The translations under genes and the position numbers were made by a program. The notes below the pieces were generated by a model. It had not been told where the DNA came from. It saw only the letters and a program-made list of their open reading frames with translations, and did not search any database. This document shows positions 28,477 to 38,800 of a stretch of 64,000 nt of DNA, in pieces; within the stretch, counting starts at the first letter, position 1, and each line of letters opens with the position of its first letter. The stretch comes from Verrucomicrobiaceae bacterium (GTDB lineage: Bacteria; Verrucomicrobiota; Verrucomicrobiia; Verrucomicrobiales; Akkermansiaceae): assembly GCA_051252135.1 (NCBI GenBank), contig JBPOGH010000002.1:64001-128000 (forward strand), given 5' to 3'.

Positions 28477-30249
28477 TTAGGGGGAGATGGTGAGGGTGAG
28501 GGAGTGGGAGATGCCGGTGCGGTGGTAGGTGACGGGTTGGTTGTTGGCGGTGGGGCGGGCGTCTTGCCAGGAGTAGGCGGTGATGGTGGCGGTGCCGGGG
28601 GAGTGGGCTTTGAGGGTGCCGAACTTGTCGATGGAGGCGATGTTGGGATCGCTGGATTCCCAGATGAGGTTGTTGATGGTGGCGTTGGTGGGGGTGAGGT
28701 TTGCGTGGAGGGCGCGGGTTTCGCCTTTTTTCAGGACGAGCTTGGTGCGGGCGATCCCGAGAGCGCGGAGGGTGATGAATTTGTTGTGATCGATGACTTT
28801 TCCGAGGCGCTCGAAGGCGGCTTGTTGTTCGCCGTTGAGCTGGTCGAGATCGAGTCCGCTGTGGTAGACAATGTTGAAGTTGGGGGCTTTGACTTTCTTG
28901 TTTCCGGTGAGTTCGAGGGTGTCGGCCCGGATGTCGAAGAAGCGGCCGCGGGGGAAGCCGGGGTGGGGGGCGTAGCGTTTGTATTTTTTATCGAAGGCGT
29001 AGCGGAGGATGACGGGGTCCTGGCCTTTGTTTTGTTTTTCGGGGAAGTAGGGCTCGGCGTAGTGGACGAAGATGTGGTCCCGGTGGGAGGTGCCGTTTTG
29101 TTGAATTTGGGGCCAGAAGTTGAGGCCGTCGATGGCGGTGGGATTGGGGACGGGGATGTCGGCAGCGGCGCAGAGAGTGGGGTAGATGTCGATGAGATCG
29201 ACGAGGCCGGGGTAGGTGGCTTGGGGAACGCGTCCGGGTTGGGAGAAGATGAGGGGGACGTGGGTGCCGTGGTCGGTGGTGGTGCCTTTTGCGCCGGGGT
29301 ATTTTGAGCCGTCGGCGAGGAGGTGGATGAAGGGGATTTGGGTGCCGTTATCGCCCATGAGGACGATGAGGGTGTTGCGGCGGAGGTTGAGTGACTGGAG
29401 CTTGTCGATGACGTTTCCGACGAGGGTGTCGGTGTAGCGGATCATGTCGGGGAAGTGCTTGCGGGTGACGCGGTCATTTCCATTGGGGTCCTGGAAGTCA
29501 TCGTCGAATTCATCGAACTCGGATTGGGGTTTGGAGTCGGGGGTGGGGACGTGGTAGTTGCCTTCGTCCTCCTTGTGGACGAGGGCGAAGGAGTAGTAGA
29601 GGAAGAAGGGTTGGTCCTTGTTGTCCTCGATGAATTGGAGGGCGTGGCGGTTGCAGATGTCCGGGCCGTAGTAGCGGCGGCCGGTGGCGGGATCGATGGA
29701 GTCATCGAAGCGTTTGATTTCGCCGTCGATGACGAGGTCGGGGTTGAAGAAGCGGTTGCCTTGTTTGACGAGGTCGAAGCAGCAGAAGGAATCGTAGCCG
29801 AATTGGTAGAGGTAGTCTTTGGCGGGGATTTCTTTGGTGCCGCGTGACTGTTTCCATTTTCCGAAGATGCCGGTGCGGTAGCCGGCTTTTTTGAAGGCGT
29901 CGCTGAAGGTGATGTCGGAGGCGTGTTGGGCCTTTTTTTGGAGGAGATTGCGGTGGTTGTATTTCCCGCTCATGAGGGCGATGCGGGTGGGTTCGCAGAG
30001 GGGGTAGGCGAAGGCGCGATCGCAGCGGGTGCCCCCGGCAGCGAGTTGGTCGATGCGGGGGGTGTGGAGTTCGACGGGGGCGGGGACGTTATCCCGGAAG
30101 GCCATGCCATTTGAGCCGTAGGCGGAGATGCCGAGGTGGCTGAGGTCATCGATGAGGATGAAGACGACGTTGTTTTTTGTGGAGCTTGCCGCGAGGAGGT
30201 TTGCGGTGAGGCAGAGGAGGGTGGCGGCGATCTTGGTGAGAGGAACCAT
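28477..30249 (-). CDS. Sulfatase with C-terminal Big_2 Ig-like domain
   Basis: ILIDDL, CEPTR, GKWK, GDNG; C-terminal PTNATINNLIWESSDPNIASID. Confidence 0.88.
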   Translation of the reverse strand: MVPLTKIAATLLCLTANLLAASSTKNNVVFILIDDLSHLGISAYGSNGMAFRDNVPAPVELHTPRIDQLAAGGTRCDRAFAYPLCEPTRIALMSGKYNHRNLLQKKAQHASDITFSDAFKKAGYRTGIFGKWKQSRGTKEIPAKDYLYQFGYDSFCCFDLVKQGNRFFNPDLVIDGEIKRFDDSIDPATGRRYYGPDICNRHALQFIEDNKDQPFFLYYSFALVHKEDEGNYHVPTPDSKPQSEFDEFDDDFQDPNGNDRVTRKHFPDMIRYTDTLVGNVIDKLQSLNLRRNTLIVLMGDNGTQIPFIHLLADGSKYPGAKGTTTDHGTHVPLIFSQPGRVPQATYPGLVDLIDIYPTLCAAADIPVPNPTAIDGLNFWPQIQQNGTSHRDHIFVHYAEPYFPEKQNKGQDPVILRYAFDKKYKRYAPHPGFPRGRFFDIRADTLELTGNKKVKAPNFNIVYHSGLDLDQLNGEQQAAFERLGKVIDHNKFITLRALGIARTKLVLKKGETRALHANLTPTNATINNLIWESSDPNIASIDKFGTLKAHSPGTATITAYSWQDARPTANNQPVTYHRTGISHSLTLTISP

Positions 30250-30302
30250 GGTGTGAAGGAGAGATGTCTCCGGAATGGTCCACTTTGCAAGAGGTGGGTG
30301 GA

Positions 30303-33300
30303 TTACTTTGCGAGGAAGGCGCGGAGGGGCTCGTTGTTTGCGCCGATGAGGAGGTCGGGGCGTTGGTCGTTGTTGAGATCGGTGGCGATGATTTGGCGGG
30401 TGTCGGTGCGGCGGGTGAGTCCGCTTTGGGCGGGCCAGAGTTCGGTGAGGGTGCCGTCCTTTGATCCGGTGAGGATGACGCCGAGTCCGGCGTTCATGCG
30501 TCCGGTTTCGCGTTGGGCGGCGTTGAAGTTTTGGCCGAGGGCGAGGTCGGTGATGCCGTCGGCGTTGAAGTCGCCGGTGGTGAGGGACATGGCGGGGGCG
30601 AGTTGGGAGAGGGTGGGGAGGGGGGTGGCGGTGAACTTGCCGGTGCCGTCATTGGTGAAGAGGGTGGTGGCGAGGGTGTTGGCTTCGAGGCGTTGGGCGG
30701 TCTCGAGGGCATCCGGGGTGTAGAGTTCGGGAAGGGTGAGGCTGGCGAAGGCGGTGTAGGTGGGGGCCTTCGTTTTGAGGTGGGGCATGGCGGAGGTGGA
30801 GCAGCTGCGTCCGCGGACGGGGAGGAGTTTGCCGTCCTTGAGCTTGGCCTCGACGAGCTGGAGCTCGCCGTTGTTTCCGAAGTCGGAGGCGAAGAGGGTG
30901 GCGGGGTGTTCGGCGTCGACGTGATACTTGGTGTTGAGGCCGAAGTTTCCGGCGACGAAGTCGAGGTCGCCATCGTGGTCGACATCGATGGTGGCAACGG
31001 AGGTCCACCAGCCGGTGAGGTGGGCGAGGTTTGCTTCGTCGGTGGTTTCGACGAGTCCGGTGCCGGTGTTTTTGAAGAGGCGGACGGGGCCCCATTCGAC
31101 GGCGATGAGGAGGTCGGGTTTTGAGTCTTGGTCAAGATCGGCCCAGGTGGCTCCGGTGACGAGGCCGGCGTTTGAGACGGGGGAATCGGCTTTGGTGAAG
31201 GTTCCGCCGTTGTTGATGAGGAGGGCGCTTTCGGGCGGAGTGGGGTATTTTCCGGGGACGAAGCGTGCGCCGACGAAGAGGTCGAGGTCGCCATCGGCAT
31301 CGAAGTCACAGGGGGCGACGCAGCTTCCGCTGGCGGACCAGGCGGGGAGGGTGCCGGAGGGGGCGGGGGTGAGGTTTCCGGCTCCGTCGTTGAGGTAGAG
31401 TCGGTCGTGGTAGTGGTCCGAGGTGGCGGGCTCGGAAGCGCCGCCGGAGACGAGGTAGAGGTCGGGGTCGCCATCGTTATCGGCATCGAACCAGGTGGAG
31501 GCGATGTCTTCTTTTGACTGATCGCCGGAGAGGGCCGGGGAGGGGTGTTGTTTTAAGGTGCCGTCTTTTTGTTGGAGGAAGAGGGCGGGTTCCTGTCCGG
31601 CGGCGCCTCCGATGAAGAGGTCGACGAGTTGGTCGCCGTTGATGTCAGCAGATGAGAGGGCGGGGCCGAAGCGGGAGAGGCGGTTGGGGAGGAGGGGTTG
31701 GGAGGCGAAGTCGTCGTGGTTGTTTTCGCGGTGGGTGAAGTTGAGGCCGAGTTGTTCGCTTTGCTCGTGGAAGAGGGCGACGGGTGGGGCTTTGGGGGCG
31801 AAGGTTTGGCCGGAGTCGGCCTCGGTGACGCGGTAGTGGAAGTTGGACTTGGGTTCCTTGAAGGTCTGGATGATGCCGGAGGGCCAGGTGACGTTGAGTG
31901 AGGTGATGGAGGTATTTTTTCCGAGGCCGAAGTGGAGGACGGGTTCGACGCCACTGAGGTATCCGCGGGAGCTGGTCATGAGGCGGGTGAGGGTGGAGCC
32001 ATCGGCGAGGTGGGCTTCGACGCGAGCGCCGAGGCCGAAGTGATTGCTTTTGGTGCCGCGGAGGCTGACGAGGATGGATTGGTTGGAGGAGTCGTTATTG
32101 CGGTAGATGCCGACGGGATCGTTCATGTTGTTGACGACGAGGTCGAGGTCGCCATCGCGGTCGAGGTCCGTGAGGACGGCGCCGTGGCTGACGGTGAGAT
32201 CGCCGAGGCCCCATTTGTCGGAGACGTCGTCGAAGCGGAGGTCGCCTTTGTTTTGGAAGGCGAGGTTCTTTTCTTTGAAGCGCGGGGAGGCGAGGAAGAG
32301 GGCCTGGATTTCGTCCCATTTTCCGCCGCGTTGTTTGACGTCATCCATGCGGATGCTGAGGTCGCTGTCCTGGACGTTGCGTTCGATTCCGTTGGTGAAG
32401 TAGGCGTCTTCGAGTCCGTCGTTATCGAGGTCTCCAAAGATTCCGGCCCAGGTCCAATCGGTGCTATCGATTCCGGAGTAGAAGGCGGTGTCGAGGAATC
32501 TGCCGGTGCCGGTGTTTACCTGCATGGCGTTGCGCATGTATTGGCGGGGCTCGAGGTTGTCGAGGAACCAGGCGGTGGAGGACATGGCTCCCATCATGGT
32601 TTTTTGTTTGAAATGGGTGGTGGCGGACATGTCGGTGCTGAGGTAGTCAAACCAGCCGTCGTTGTTGATGTCGGCGAAGTCGCTGCCCATGGAATTCCAG
32701 CTGGTGTAGGGGAGGGCGTCGTAGATGGCGTCACTGAAGGTGCCGTTGCGATTGTTGCGGTAGAGGTGGTCGGGGGTGTGGAAGTCGTTGGAGACGTAGA
32801 GGTCGGGGTAGTTGTCGTTATTGTAATCCCACCAGACGGCGGCGAGGCCGTGCTCGCGGGCGATGCTGATTCCGGCAGCGCGAGTGACGTCCCGGAAGAT
32901 GAGGTCGATGGGGTCGGTTGTGGATTCGTTGATGTAGAGGTGGTCGTAGGTGCCCAGTTCGGCGAGGGTTCCGTCTCCGACGAAGGAGGCGTCGCGCTGG
33001 AATTCGGGAGCGGGGATGAGGTTTCCTTCGGCGTCCCGGATGACGTTGATTTTGTAATCGAACATTTCCTTGATGGAGAGGAGCCGGGTTTCGGTGCGGT
33101 AGAGGTCGAGGTCGCCATCGAGATCATAGTCGGAGAAGGCGACCATGGAGGGTGCGCGGAATTCGGGATTACCGCCGCTGAAGGGGTTGTGCTCGAAGGT
33201 GCCGTCTCCCTGGTTGAGGTAGAGGATATCGTATCCGCCTTTGTAGCAGAGGTAGAGGTCGAGGTCGCCGTCGTTATCGATATCAGCGAAGGCGGCTCCG

Positions 33301-33713
33301 GATCCCCAGCCTTTGTCATCTCTGATTCCGGCAGCTTTGGTGACATCCTGGAAGTGCCAGGGTTTGGTCTGGAGGAAGAGTTTGCCGGGGCTATCCTGGG
33401 AGACGAGGAAGAGGTCGGGGAGGCCGTTGGAGTCGACATCACCGACGGCGAGGCCGGCGCCGGAGAGGAGGTAATTTTTGATGTTCTCCGGGTTGAGTTG
33501 GTTTTGGAACTCGATGCCGAGATCGGGGCCCGGGAGTGGGCTGAAGAGTTTTTGATCTCCTTGGTCTGCTCTTTGGGTGAGGGGTGAGGCTTCGAGGTTT
33601 TTTTCAGCGGGGGTCCAATTTTCTCCGGCTTGTCCGACCAAGCAGGTGCTGGCGGCCATGGCCAGGCAGAGGAGGAGGGTGGTGACGCGACGATGAGGGA
33701 GGAGCGTGGACAT
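30303..33713 (-). CDS. FG-GAP/VCBS repeat protein with ASPIC/UnbV domain (CRTAC1-like)
   Basis: Many DxDxDGDLDL repeats; N..GLGARV...GYLS....LHFGLG....V.WPSG; start set at ATG 33713. Confidence 0.9.
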   Translation of the reverse strand: MSTLLPHRRVTTLLLCLAMAASTCLVGQAGENWTPAEKNLEASPLTQRADQGDQKLFSPLPGPDLGIEFQNQLNPENIKNYLLSGAGLAVGDVDSNGLPDLFLVSQDSPGKLFLQTKPWHFQDVTKAAGIRDDKGWGSGAAFADIDNDGDLDLYLCYKGGYDILYLNQGDGTFEHNPFSGGNPEFRAPSMVAFSDYDLDGDLDLYRTETRLLSIKEMFDYKINVIRDAEGNLIPAPEFQRDASFVGDGTLAELGTYDHLYINESTTDPIDLIFRDVTRAAGISIAREHGLAAVWWDYNNDNYPDLYVSNDFHTPDHLYRNNRNGTFSDAIYDALPYTSWNSMGSDFADINNDGWFDYLSTDMSATTHFKQKTMMGAMSSTAWFLDNLEPRQYMRNAMQVNTGTGRFLDTAFYSGIDSTDWTWAGIFGDLDNDGLEDAYFTNGIERNVQDSDLSIRMDDVKQRGGKWDEIQALFLASPRFKEKNLAFQNKGDLRFDDVSDKWGLGDLTVSHGAVLTDLDRDGDLDLVVNNMNDPVGIYRNNDSSNQSILVSLRGTKSNHFGLGARVEAHLADGSTLTRLMTSSRGYLSGVEPVLHFGLGKNTSITSLNVTWPSGIIQTFKEPKSNFHYRVTEADSGQTFAPKAPPVALFHEQSEQLGLNFTHRENNHDDFASQPLLPNRLSRFGPALSSADINGDQLVDLFIGGAAGQEPALFLQQKDGTLKQHPSPALSGDQSKEDIASTWFDADNDGDPDLYLVSGGASEPATSDHYHDRLYLNDGAGNLTPAPSGTLPAWSASGSCVAPCDFDADGDLDLFVGARFVPGKYPTPPESALLINNGGTFTKADSPVSNAGLVTGATWADLDQDSKPDLLIAVEWGPVRLFKNTGTGLVETTDEANLAHLTGWWTSVATIDVDHDGDLDFVAGNFGLNTKYHVDAEHPATLFASDFGNNGELQLVEAKLKDGKLLPVRGRSCSTSAMPHLKTKAPTYTAFASLTLPELYTPDALETAQRLEANTLATTLFTNDGTGKFTATPLPTLSQLAPAMSLTTGDFNADGITDLALGQNFNAAQRETGRMNAGLGVILTGSKDGTLTELWPAQSGLTRRTDTRQIIATDLNNDQRPDLLIGANNEPLRAFLAK

Positions 33714-33756
33714 GGGAGGTGAAGGGAGGTGGAGATTTAACGGTGCTGATGACATC

Positions 33757-33786
33757 AAAAAGCCGCTGGATCAACCAGCGGCTTTT
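33757..33786 (-). terminator. Rho-independent terminator (potentially bidirectional)
   Basis: AAAAAGCCGCTGG-ATCAA-CCAGCGGCTTTT downstream of the PEP-CTERM gene. Confidence 0.8.
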
Positions 33787-33814
33787 AAAATAAGGCAATT
33801 CGCCAGAGAGCCCT

Positions 33815-34492
33815 TTAGCGGCGGCGGCGGAGAAGGCCCGCTGCGCCGAGAAGGGTGAGAACGAGCGAGCTGGGCTCGGGGACGGACTCGGTCACGGAGA
33901 AGGAGATGTCATCGATGTAGCCGAAGAGTCCTGGGACGTTGTCGTTACTGATGTCCCGAAGGCTGAGGATGGGGAAGAGGCCGGTGACGGGACCATTGGG
34001 AGCGGTGTTATCGTTGGCGGGAATGACTCCGCCATCGTTGATGGTGACCCAGGTATCGAGAGGGAAGGTGCCGGGGAGGATGGCGTTGGCGAATGAGGGA
34101 GGGTAGGAGTCGGGCTGGGTGCCGTTAAGGCGAACCAAGGAGTTCAAGGAATCCGAGGTGCCGGGACCATATTGAGCGACGCTGCCGGAGGGAATCATCA
34201 CGCGATAGGTGAAGGATACGGAGTCGACGCCGGCAATGGTGTTGGCGGGGAGAGCGATGTTGGGGCCTGAAAGGATGGATTGCCACTGGCCTCCTCCATT
34301 GAGGTTGATTTGGAGGACGTTGTTGGAGCCGTCCAGGGGATCGGTGACAATAGTGGTGGTGAGTCCACCGGATGGGTTGATGGTGCCGACGGAGTTTCCG
34401 TCGAAGTCATCTCCGATGAGAGTGACGGCCTGAAGGCCGAGGGATGAGCCGAGGAGGGCGGCACCGAAGAGAGTCAGGAATTTGTTTTTCAT
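33815..34492 (-). CDS. PEP-CTERM protein
   Basis: Signal peptide from ATG 34492; C-terminal VPEPSSLVLTLLGAAGLLRRRR. Confidence 0.92.
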   Translation of the reverse strand: MKNKFLTLFGAALLGSSLGLQAVTLIGDDFDGNSVGTINPSGGLTTTIVTDPLDGSNNVLQINLNGGGQWQSILSGPNIALPANTIAGVDSVSFTYRVMIPSGSVAQYGPGTSDSLNSLVRLNGTQPDSYPPSFANAILPGTFPLDTWVTINDGGVIPANDNTAPNGPVTGLFPILSLRDISNDNVPGLFGYIDDISFSVTESVPEPSSLVLTLLGAAGLLRRRR

Positions 34493-34606
34493 AAATCTGT
34501 AAGACAAAATATGGGGAGGATGGGATGCTGTATCAATACGAAAGTTCAAATAATCTCAAGGGGGTGGGAAGTGCTGACCTCCCCTAAAAGTCTGAAGAGA
34601 TGAGCT

Positions 34607-35335
34607 TTAGGGGGTTGATTGGGTCATCCAGGCGCGGAGTTTGGGGAATTGATCGGCGGGAAGGGCGTGTTTTGTGTCTTTAAAGAGGAGGAGGGTGAAG
34701 TTGATGCCTGCGGCGGTGGCTTCTTCTTCGAGGACTTTGAAATTGGGGAGGCGTTTGTCGCCATCGCCCATGAAGGCGAGCATGGGTCGGCCTTTCAAGG
34801 TGTCGAGACCGCCCATGGGCCAGCCGGCTCCGCCGGGCATGAAGGCGTGGAAGTAGGCTTGAAAGGCTCCATCGGAGTGGCCGATCTGGTGTAGGATGGC
34901 AGCGCCGCCGGAGGAGAATCCGGCGCAGATGCGGTGTTTTGGGTCGATGTTGGGGATGGTTTTTTCGACGCGGTCGAGGATGGTCTCGTAATAGGACCAA
35001 GGGGTCTGCCAGCCGCCTTTTTGGCCTTTGTCGTGACGGTAGGGGAGGGCGAGGCAGATGAAGCCTTTTCCTTCGGTGATTTGGATGGCTTTGGCGGGAG
35101 AGTCGCTTCCGGCACCGCCGCCGAACCAGACGAAGAGGGGAAACTTTTTGTCAGTGGTGTAGTCGGTGGGGAGATAGAGACCGGAGCGGGTGGGTTGGTC
35201 TCGCCAGGTTTTTCCAAGGTCAGGGAATTCGAGGAATGCGGTTTTTCCGGGGTCGAGTGTGATGGCGTCTTTGACCTCTTCTGCGATGGCAGGCGAGGTT
35301 AGGAAAAGTGCAGCAATGATTTTGATAGCGAGCAT
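34607..35335 (-). CDS. Secreted alpha/beta hydrolase (esterase-like)
   Basis: YLP.DY...KFPL, GFSSGG, G.GD, KH. Confidence 0.8.
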   Translation of the reverse strand: MLAIKIIAALFLTSPAIAEEVKDAITLDPGKTAFLEFPDLGKTWRDQPTRSGLYLPTDYTTDKKFPLFVWFGGGAGSDSPAKAIQITEGKGFICLALPYRHDKGQKGGWQTPWSYYETILDRVEKTIPNIDPKHRICAGFSSGGAAILHQIGHSDGAFQAYFHAFMPGGAGWPMGGLDTLKGRPMLAFMGDGDKRLPNFKVLEEEATAAGINFTLLLFKDTKHALPADQFPKLRAWMTQSTP

Positions 35336-35344
35336 CAGAAAGGC

Positions 35345-36772
35345 CTACTTGAAGGTGGGGATGGGTTGGGGGGTGTAGCCGGATTTTTTGGCTCCTTCGG
35401 GGATGGCCTGGCGGAAGAATTCGTCGCGTTTTTTGTGGTAGTCTTTGTAGCCGAGGAGGCGGCAGGGGACGTTGGATTTGTTCCAGACGTTCCACTGGGC
35501 GAGGAGCTTGGCGGCGAGCTCGGGCTTTTGGGTGACGAGGTCGTTCGATTCGGTGATGTCGTTGGGGAGTTCGAAGAGCTGGGGTTTGGGGCTCATGTTG
35601 TCCTGAAGGTGCTTGGTGCGATCGGCGGTGAGGATGGACCACCTGGAGGAGTCGCGCCAGAAGAGGGCGTCGTGGGGTGGGGTTGATTTTTCGCCGAGGA
35701 CGAAGGGGAGGAGGTTTACGCCTTCCATGGCGGGTGCGGCTTGGGCATCGCCTCCGGCGACAGCGACGGCGGTGCGGGAGATGTCGATGGCGATGACGGG
35801 AGAGTCATAGGTGGAGCCTTTTGGAATTTTGGCGGGCCAGGAGGCGATGAAGGGAACGTGGACGCCGCCGTCGTAGAGGTTGCCTTTTCCGCCGCGGAAG
35901 GGGGAGTTGTCGGAGCCGTTCCATTTGGTGGGATGGGCCTTGCTGTTTTGGGGGCCTCCGTTGTCGCTTAGGAAGAAAACGAGGGTGTTTTCGCGGAGGT
36001 TGTTTTTCTCAAGGGAGGTGATGATTTTTCCAATGCCGGCATCCATGGTATCGACCATGGCGGCGTAGACGCGGCGCTTCTTTTCTTTGATGTGGGCGTA
36101 TTTTTCGATGGCTTCTTTGGGTGCCTGAAGTGGGGCGTGGGGGGCGTTGTAGGCGACGTAGAGGAAGAAGGGCTTTTCCTTATTGGTGTCGATGAAGCTG
36201 GCGGCATCGATGCTGAGGGCGGTGGTGAGGTAGCCGTCGAATCCGGCAGGTTTTCCGTTGCGCTCGAGGGCGGAGAGGTAGCCTTCTTTGATGGGTTGTT
36301 TGAGGTCGATGCGGAAGTAGTCGTGGCCGCCGCCGAGGAAGCCGTAGAAGTGGTTGAAGCCGCGTTTATTGGGGTGGAAGGGAGGGGCGGCTCCGAGGTG
36401 CCACTTGCCGACGATTCCGGTGGTGTATCCGGCTTTCTGAAGGCGGCGGGGGAAGAGGATTTCTCCGGGGTCGATTCCGAGGTGCGGATTGTTGGGGTCG
36501 AGGGCGGGGTTGGTCTCGAAGCCGAAGCGGTTCTGGTAGCGGCCGGAAAGGAGGGCGGCACGGGAGGGACCGCAGTAGGCGTGATTGACGTAGCCGTTCT
36601 TGAAGATGACGCCGGAAGCGGCGAGGGCATCGAGGTTGGGGGTTTTGATGTCGGTGGCTCCGGTGAAGCCGGCATCGGCGTAGCCCATGTCATCGGCCAT
36701 GATGACGACTATATTTGGCTTTTTTGCGAAAGCGCAGGAAGCGAGGAGGAGAGAGATGAGAAGTGGTTTCAT
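35345..36772 (-). CDS. Sulfatase
   Basis: [28 protein letters not shown]. Confidence 0.93.
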   Translation of the reverse strand: MKPLLISLLLASCAFAKKPNIVVIMADDMGYADAGFTGATDIKTPNLDALAASGVIFKNGYVNHAYCGPSRAALLSGRYQNRFGFETNPALDPNNPHLGIDPGEILFPRRLQKAGYTTGIVGKWHLGAAPPFHPNKRGFNHFYGFLGGGHDYFRIDLKQPIKEGYLSALERNGKPAGFDGYLTTALSIDAASFIDTNKEKPFFLYVAYNAPHAPLQAPKEAIEKYAHIKEKKRRVYAAMVDTMDAGIGKIITSLEKNNLRENTLVFFLSDNGGPQNSKAHPTKWNGSDNSPFRGGKGNLYDGGVHVPFIASWPAKIPKGSTYDSPVIAIDISRTAVAVAGGDAQAAPAMEGVNLLPFVLGEKSTPPHDALFWRDSSRWSILTADRTKHLQDNMSPKPQLFELPNDITESNDLVTQKPELAAKLLAQWNVWNKSNVPCRLLGYKDYHKKRDEFFRQAIPEGAKKSGYTPQPIPTFK

Positions 36773-36911
36773 GGAGGGGAAATTGGAGGAGCCTGGTTGG
36801 GGGAGTTATCTGCAGATTAAGAAGATTTTCGCAGATTATTTTTGGGGTTGAGGGGCTTGGTTGAGGATTTTTTAACCGCGAGATACGCAGAAGGCGCTCA
36901 ACTTGAGGGGC

Positions 36912-36951
36912 TTGGTTGGTGGTAGCGGGCGGGACGCCCGCTCTCCTTATT
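36912..36951. repeat. REP-like intergenic palindrome
   Basis: AGCGGGCG-GGA-CGCCCGCT flanked by TTGGTTGG and CTCCTTATT; a degenerate relative lies at 43883-43924. Confidence 0.5.
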
Positions 36952-36956
36952 GGGGA

Positions 36957-38738
36957 CTATGGTTTTGGGATGAGGTGGGCGGGGATGTTGAGTTGGTGAT
37001 CGTGGGCGCCTTTGGCGAAGTTGCCGAGGGTGAAGGAGTTTTCTTGGGACCAGTCGGCTTCGACGCGGCCGTCGCCGAGGACGATGTTTCCGAGTTTGGT
37101 GCGGAACCAGTCGGTGAGGGCGAGGTATGAGGGATCGTTGGCGAGGTTGTTTTGTTCGCCGGGATCGTGGCGGAGGTCGAAGAGGGAGAGTTCGACTTTT
37201 TCACGCGGAGCGGTGAGGCCCCATGTGAAGTCGGAGCCTTTTTTGTTCGGCCGGGTGCGCATGGAGAAGGCGAAGTCGCGGCTGCGGAGGTAGGCGCGGG
37301 GGCCGTAGACGTGGTTCATTTCGCCGATGACGTAGTCGCGCTCAGGGATTTGGTCGTTAGCCTGTTTGATGAGGCTTTGGCCATCGAAGTAGGCGTGGGT
37401 GGGGTCGGTGAGGTCGACACCGGCGGCGTGGAGGAAGGTGGTGGCGAAGTCGACGAACTCGATGAAGCGGTTGGTGGTCTTCTTTGCGGGGATGAGTTTT
37501 TGATCGGAGGAGAGGGTGATGACGGAGCAGCGGTTTGACATTTCGTAGGGGCCGAATTTCGCTTCGATGCCTTGCTCGCCGAGGTGCCAGCCGTGGTCAC
37601 CGCAGGCGATGACGACGAGCCAGGGGCGGTTGGCTTTTTCGCTGGCTTGGCGGAAGTTTTTGACGGCTTTTCCGATGAGGGAATCTCCGTAGGCGCAGAA
37701 GGCGTAGTAGTCGCGGATGGCCTGTTGTTTTTCCTCGGGCTTGAGGCCGTCGGTTTGCATTTTCTTGTGCAGGGTGACGAGTTGGGGCGGGAGCTTTTTG
37801 AGTTCGTCGCGGGAGAAGTCGGGGATGTTGTAGGTTTTTCCGGCGAAGAGGTCGCGGAATTCCTGGGGCGGGAGGACGGGGCTGTGGGGGAAGTGGAAGC
37901 CGAGGTTGAGGAAGAGGGGTTTATTGGACTTGTGAGTGGTGAGGTAGTTGGAGAAGGCGGCTTCGATGTGGCCATCGAGGGTTTTTCCAGCGGGTTGGGG
38001 GCTGCGTCCGCCGATGATCAGGGTGGTTTGATCGCGGGTGTAGGCGCGGAGGAGATCGAGTTCCTTGTCGATGGCATTGAGGTGGGATTTTTGCCCGGGG
38101 GAGAGGTCGCCTTCGGGGACATCGGTGAGGACTTTTTCGATGCGGTCGCCGGGGAAGTGGAAGATTTCGGCGGTGCCGATGACTTTGTTTTTTTGACGGA
38201 GTTTGTCTTTGTAGAAATCGGTAAGGTTCTTGCGTTGGAGGTCGTTCTTCATGTCGACGGCGTGGTCGTAGAACTTGGGTTCCGTCCAAGTGAGGCCGGG
38301 GCCCCATTCGAAGATGTAGGAGCCGGACTTGCCGAAGCGGGCGGTGTGGTAGCCGGCGGTGCGGAGGACTTCGGGGAAGGTGGGGCGGCAGAAGTCGGCC
38401 TTGTTGTGGGACTGCTTGAAGCCGTAGGTGCCGTTGCGGTGCGGGTAGCGCCCGGTGAGCATGGAGACGCGGGAGGGGACGCAGCCGGGGGAGTTGCAGT
38501 AGGCGTGGGTGAAGAGGGTGCCTTGGGTGGCGAGCTTGTCGATCTCGGGGGAGGAGACGAAGCCGAGGGGGCTTTCGTTTTGTCCGCGGGTGGCCTGGTT
38601 GACGCAGGCGAGGGAGTCGCTGCGTTGGTCATCGGTGACGATCCAAAGGATGTTGGGGCGGTTTTCGGCCGCAAATCCCAAGTTCGAGAAGAGAAATGCC
38701 AAACTGGCGGTGAGGAGAAGCTTGAGAGAGGGAGGCAT
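36957..38738 (-). CDS. Sulfatase
   Basis: PNILWIVTDDQR, CVPSR, PH.P, GDHG. Confidence 0.92.
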   Translation of the reverse strand: MPPSLKLLLTASLAFLFSNLGFAAENRPNILWIVTDDQRSDSLACVNQATRGQNESPLGFVSSPEIDKLATQGTLFTHAYCNSPGCVPSRVSMLTGRYPHRNGTYGFKQSHNKADFCRPTFPEVLRTAGYHTARFGKSGSYIFEWGPGLTWTEPKFYDHAVDMKNDLQRKNLTDFYKDKLRQKNKVIGTAEIFHFPGDRIEKVLTDVPEGDLSPGQKSHLNAIDKELDLLRAYTRDQTTLIIGGRSPQPAGKTLDGHIEAAFSNYLTTHKSNKPLFLNLGFHFPHSPVLPPQEFRDLFAGKTYNIPDFSRDELKKLPPQLVTLHKKMQTDGLKPEEKQQAIRDYYAFCAYGDSLIGKAVKNFRQASEKANRPWLVVIACGDHGWHLGEQGIEAKFGPYEMSNRCSVITLSSDQKLIPAKKTTNRFIEFVDFATTFLHAAGVDLTDPTHAYFDGQSLIKQANDQIPERDYVIGEMNHVYGPRAYLRSRDFAFSMRTRPNKKGSDFTWGLTAPREKVELSLFDLRHDPGEQNNLANDPSYLALTDWFRTKLGNIVLGDGRVEADWSQENSFTLGNFAKGAHDHQLNIPAHLIPKP

Positions 38739-38800
38739 TTTTGGGTTAACCCGGATTTGGGGGTTGAAAGGAGAATGTGTTGAAGTAGGTAGATGTGCAG

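Noticed and set aside
30303..33713. Recurring GAGGTCGAGGTCGCC-like motifs suggesting an array
   Set aside because: They are coding FG-GAP repeats with irregular spacing, not CRISPR.
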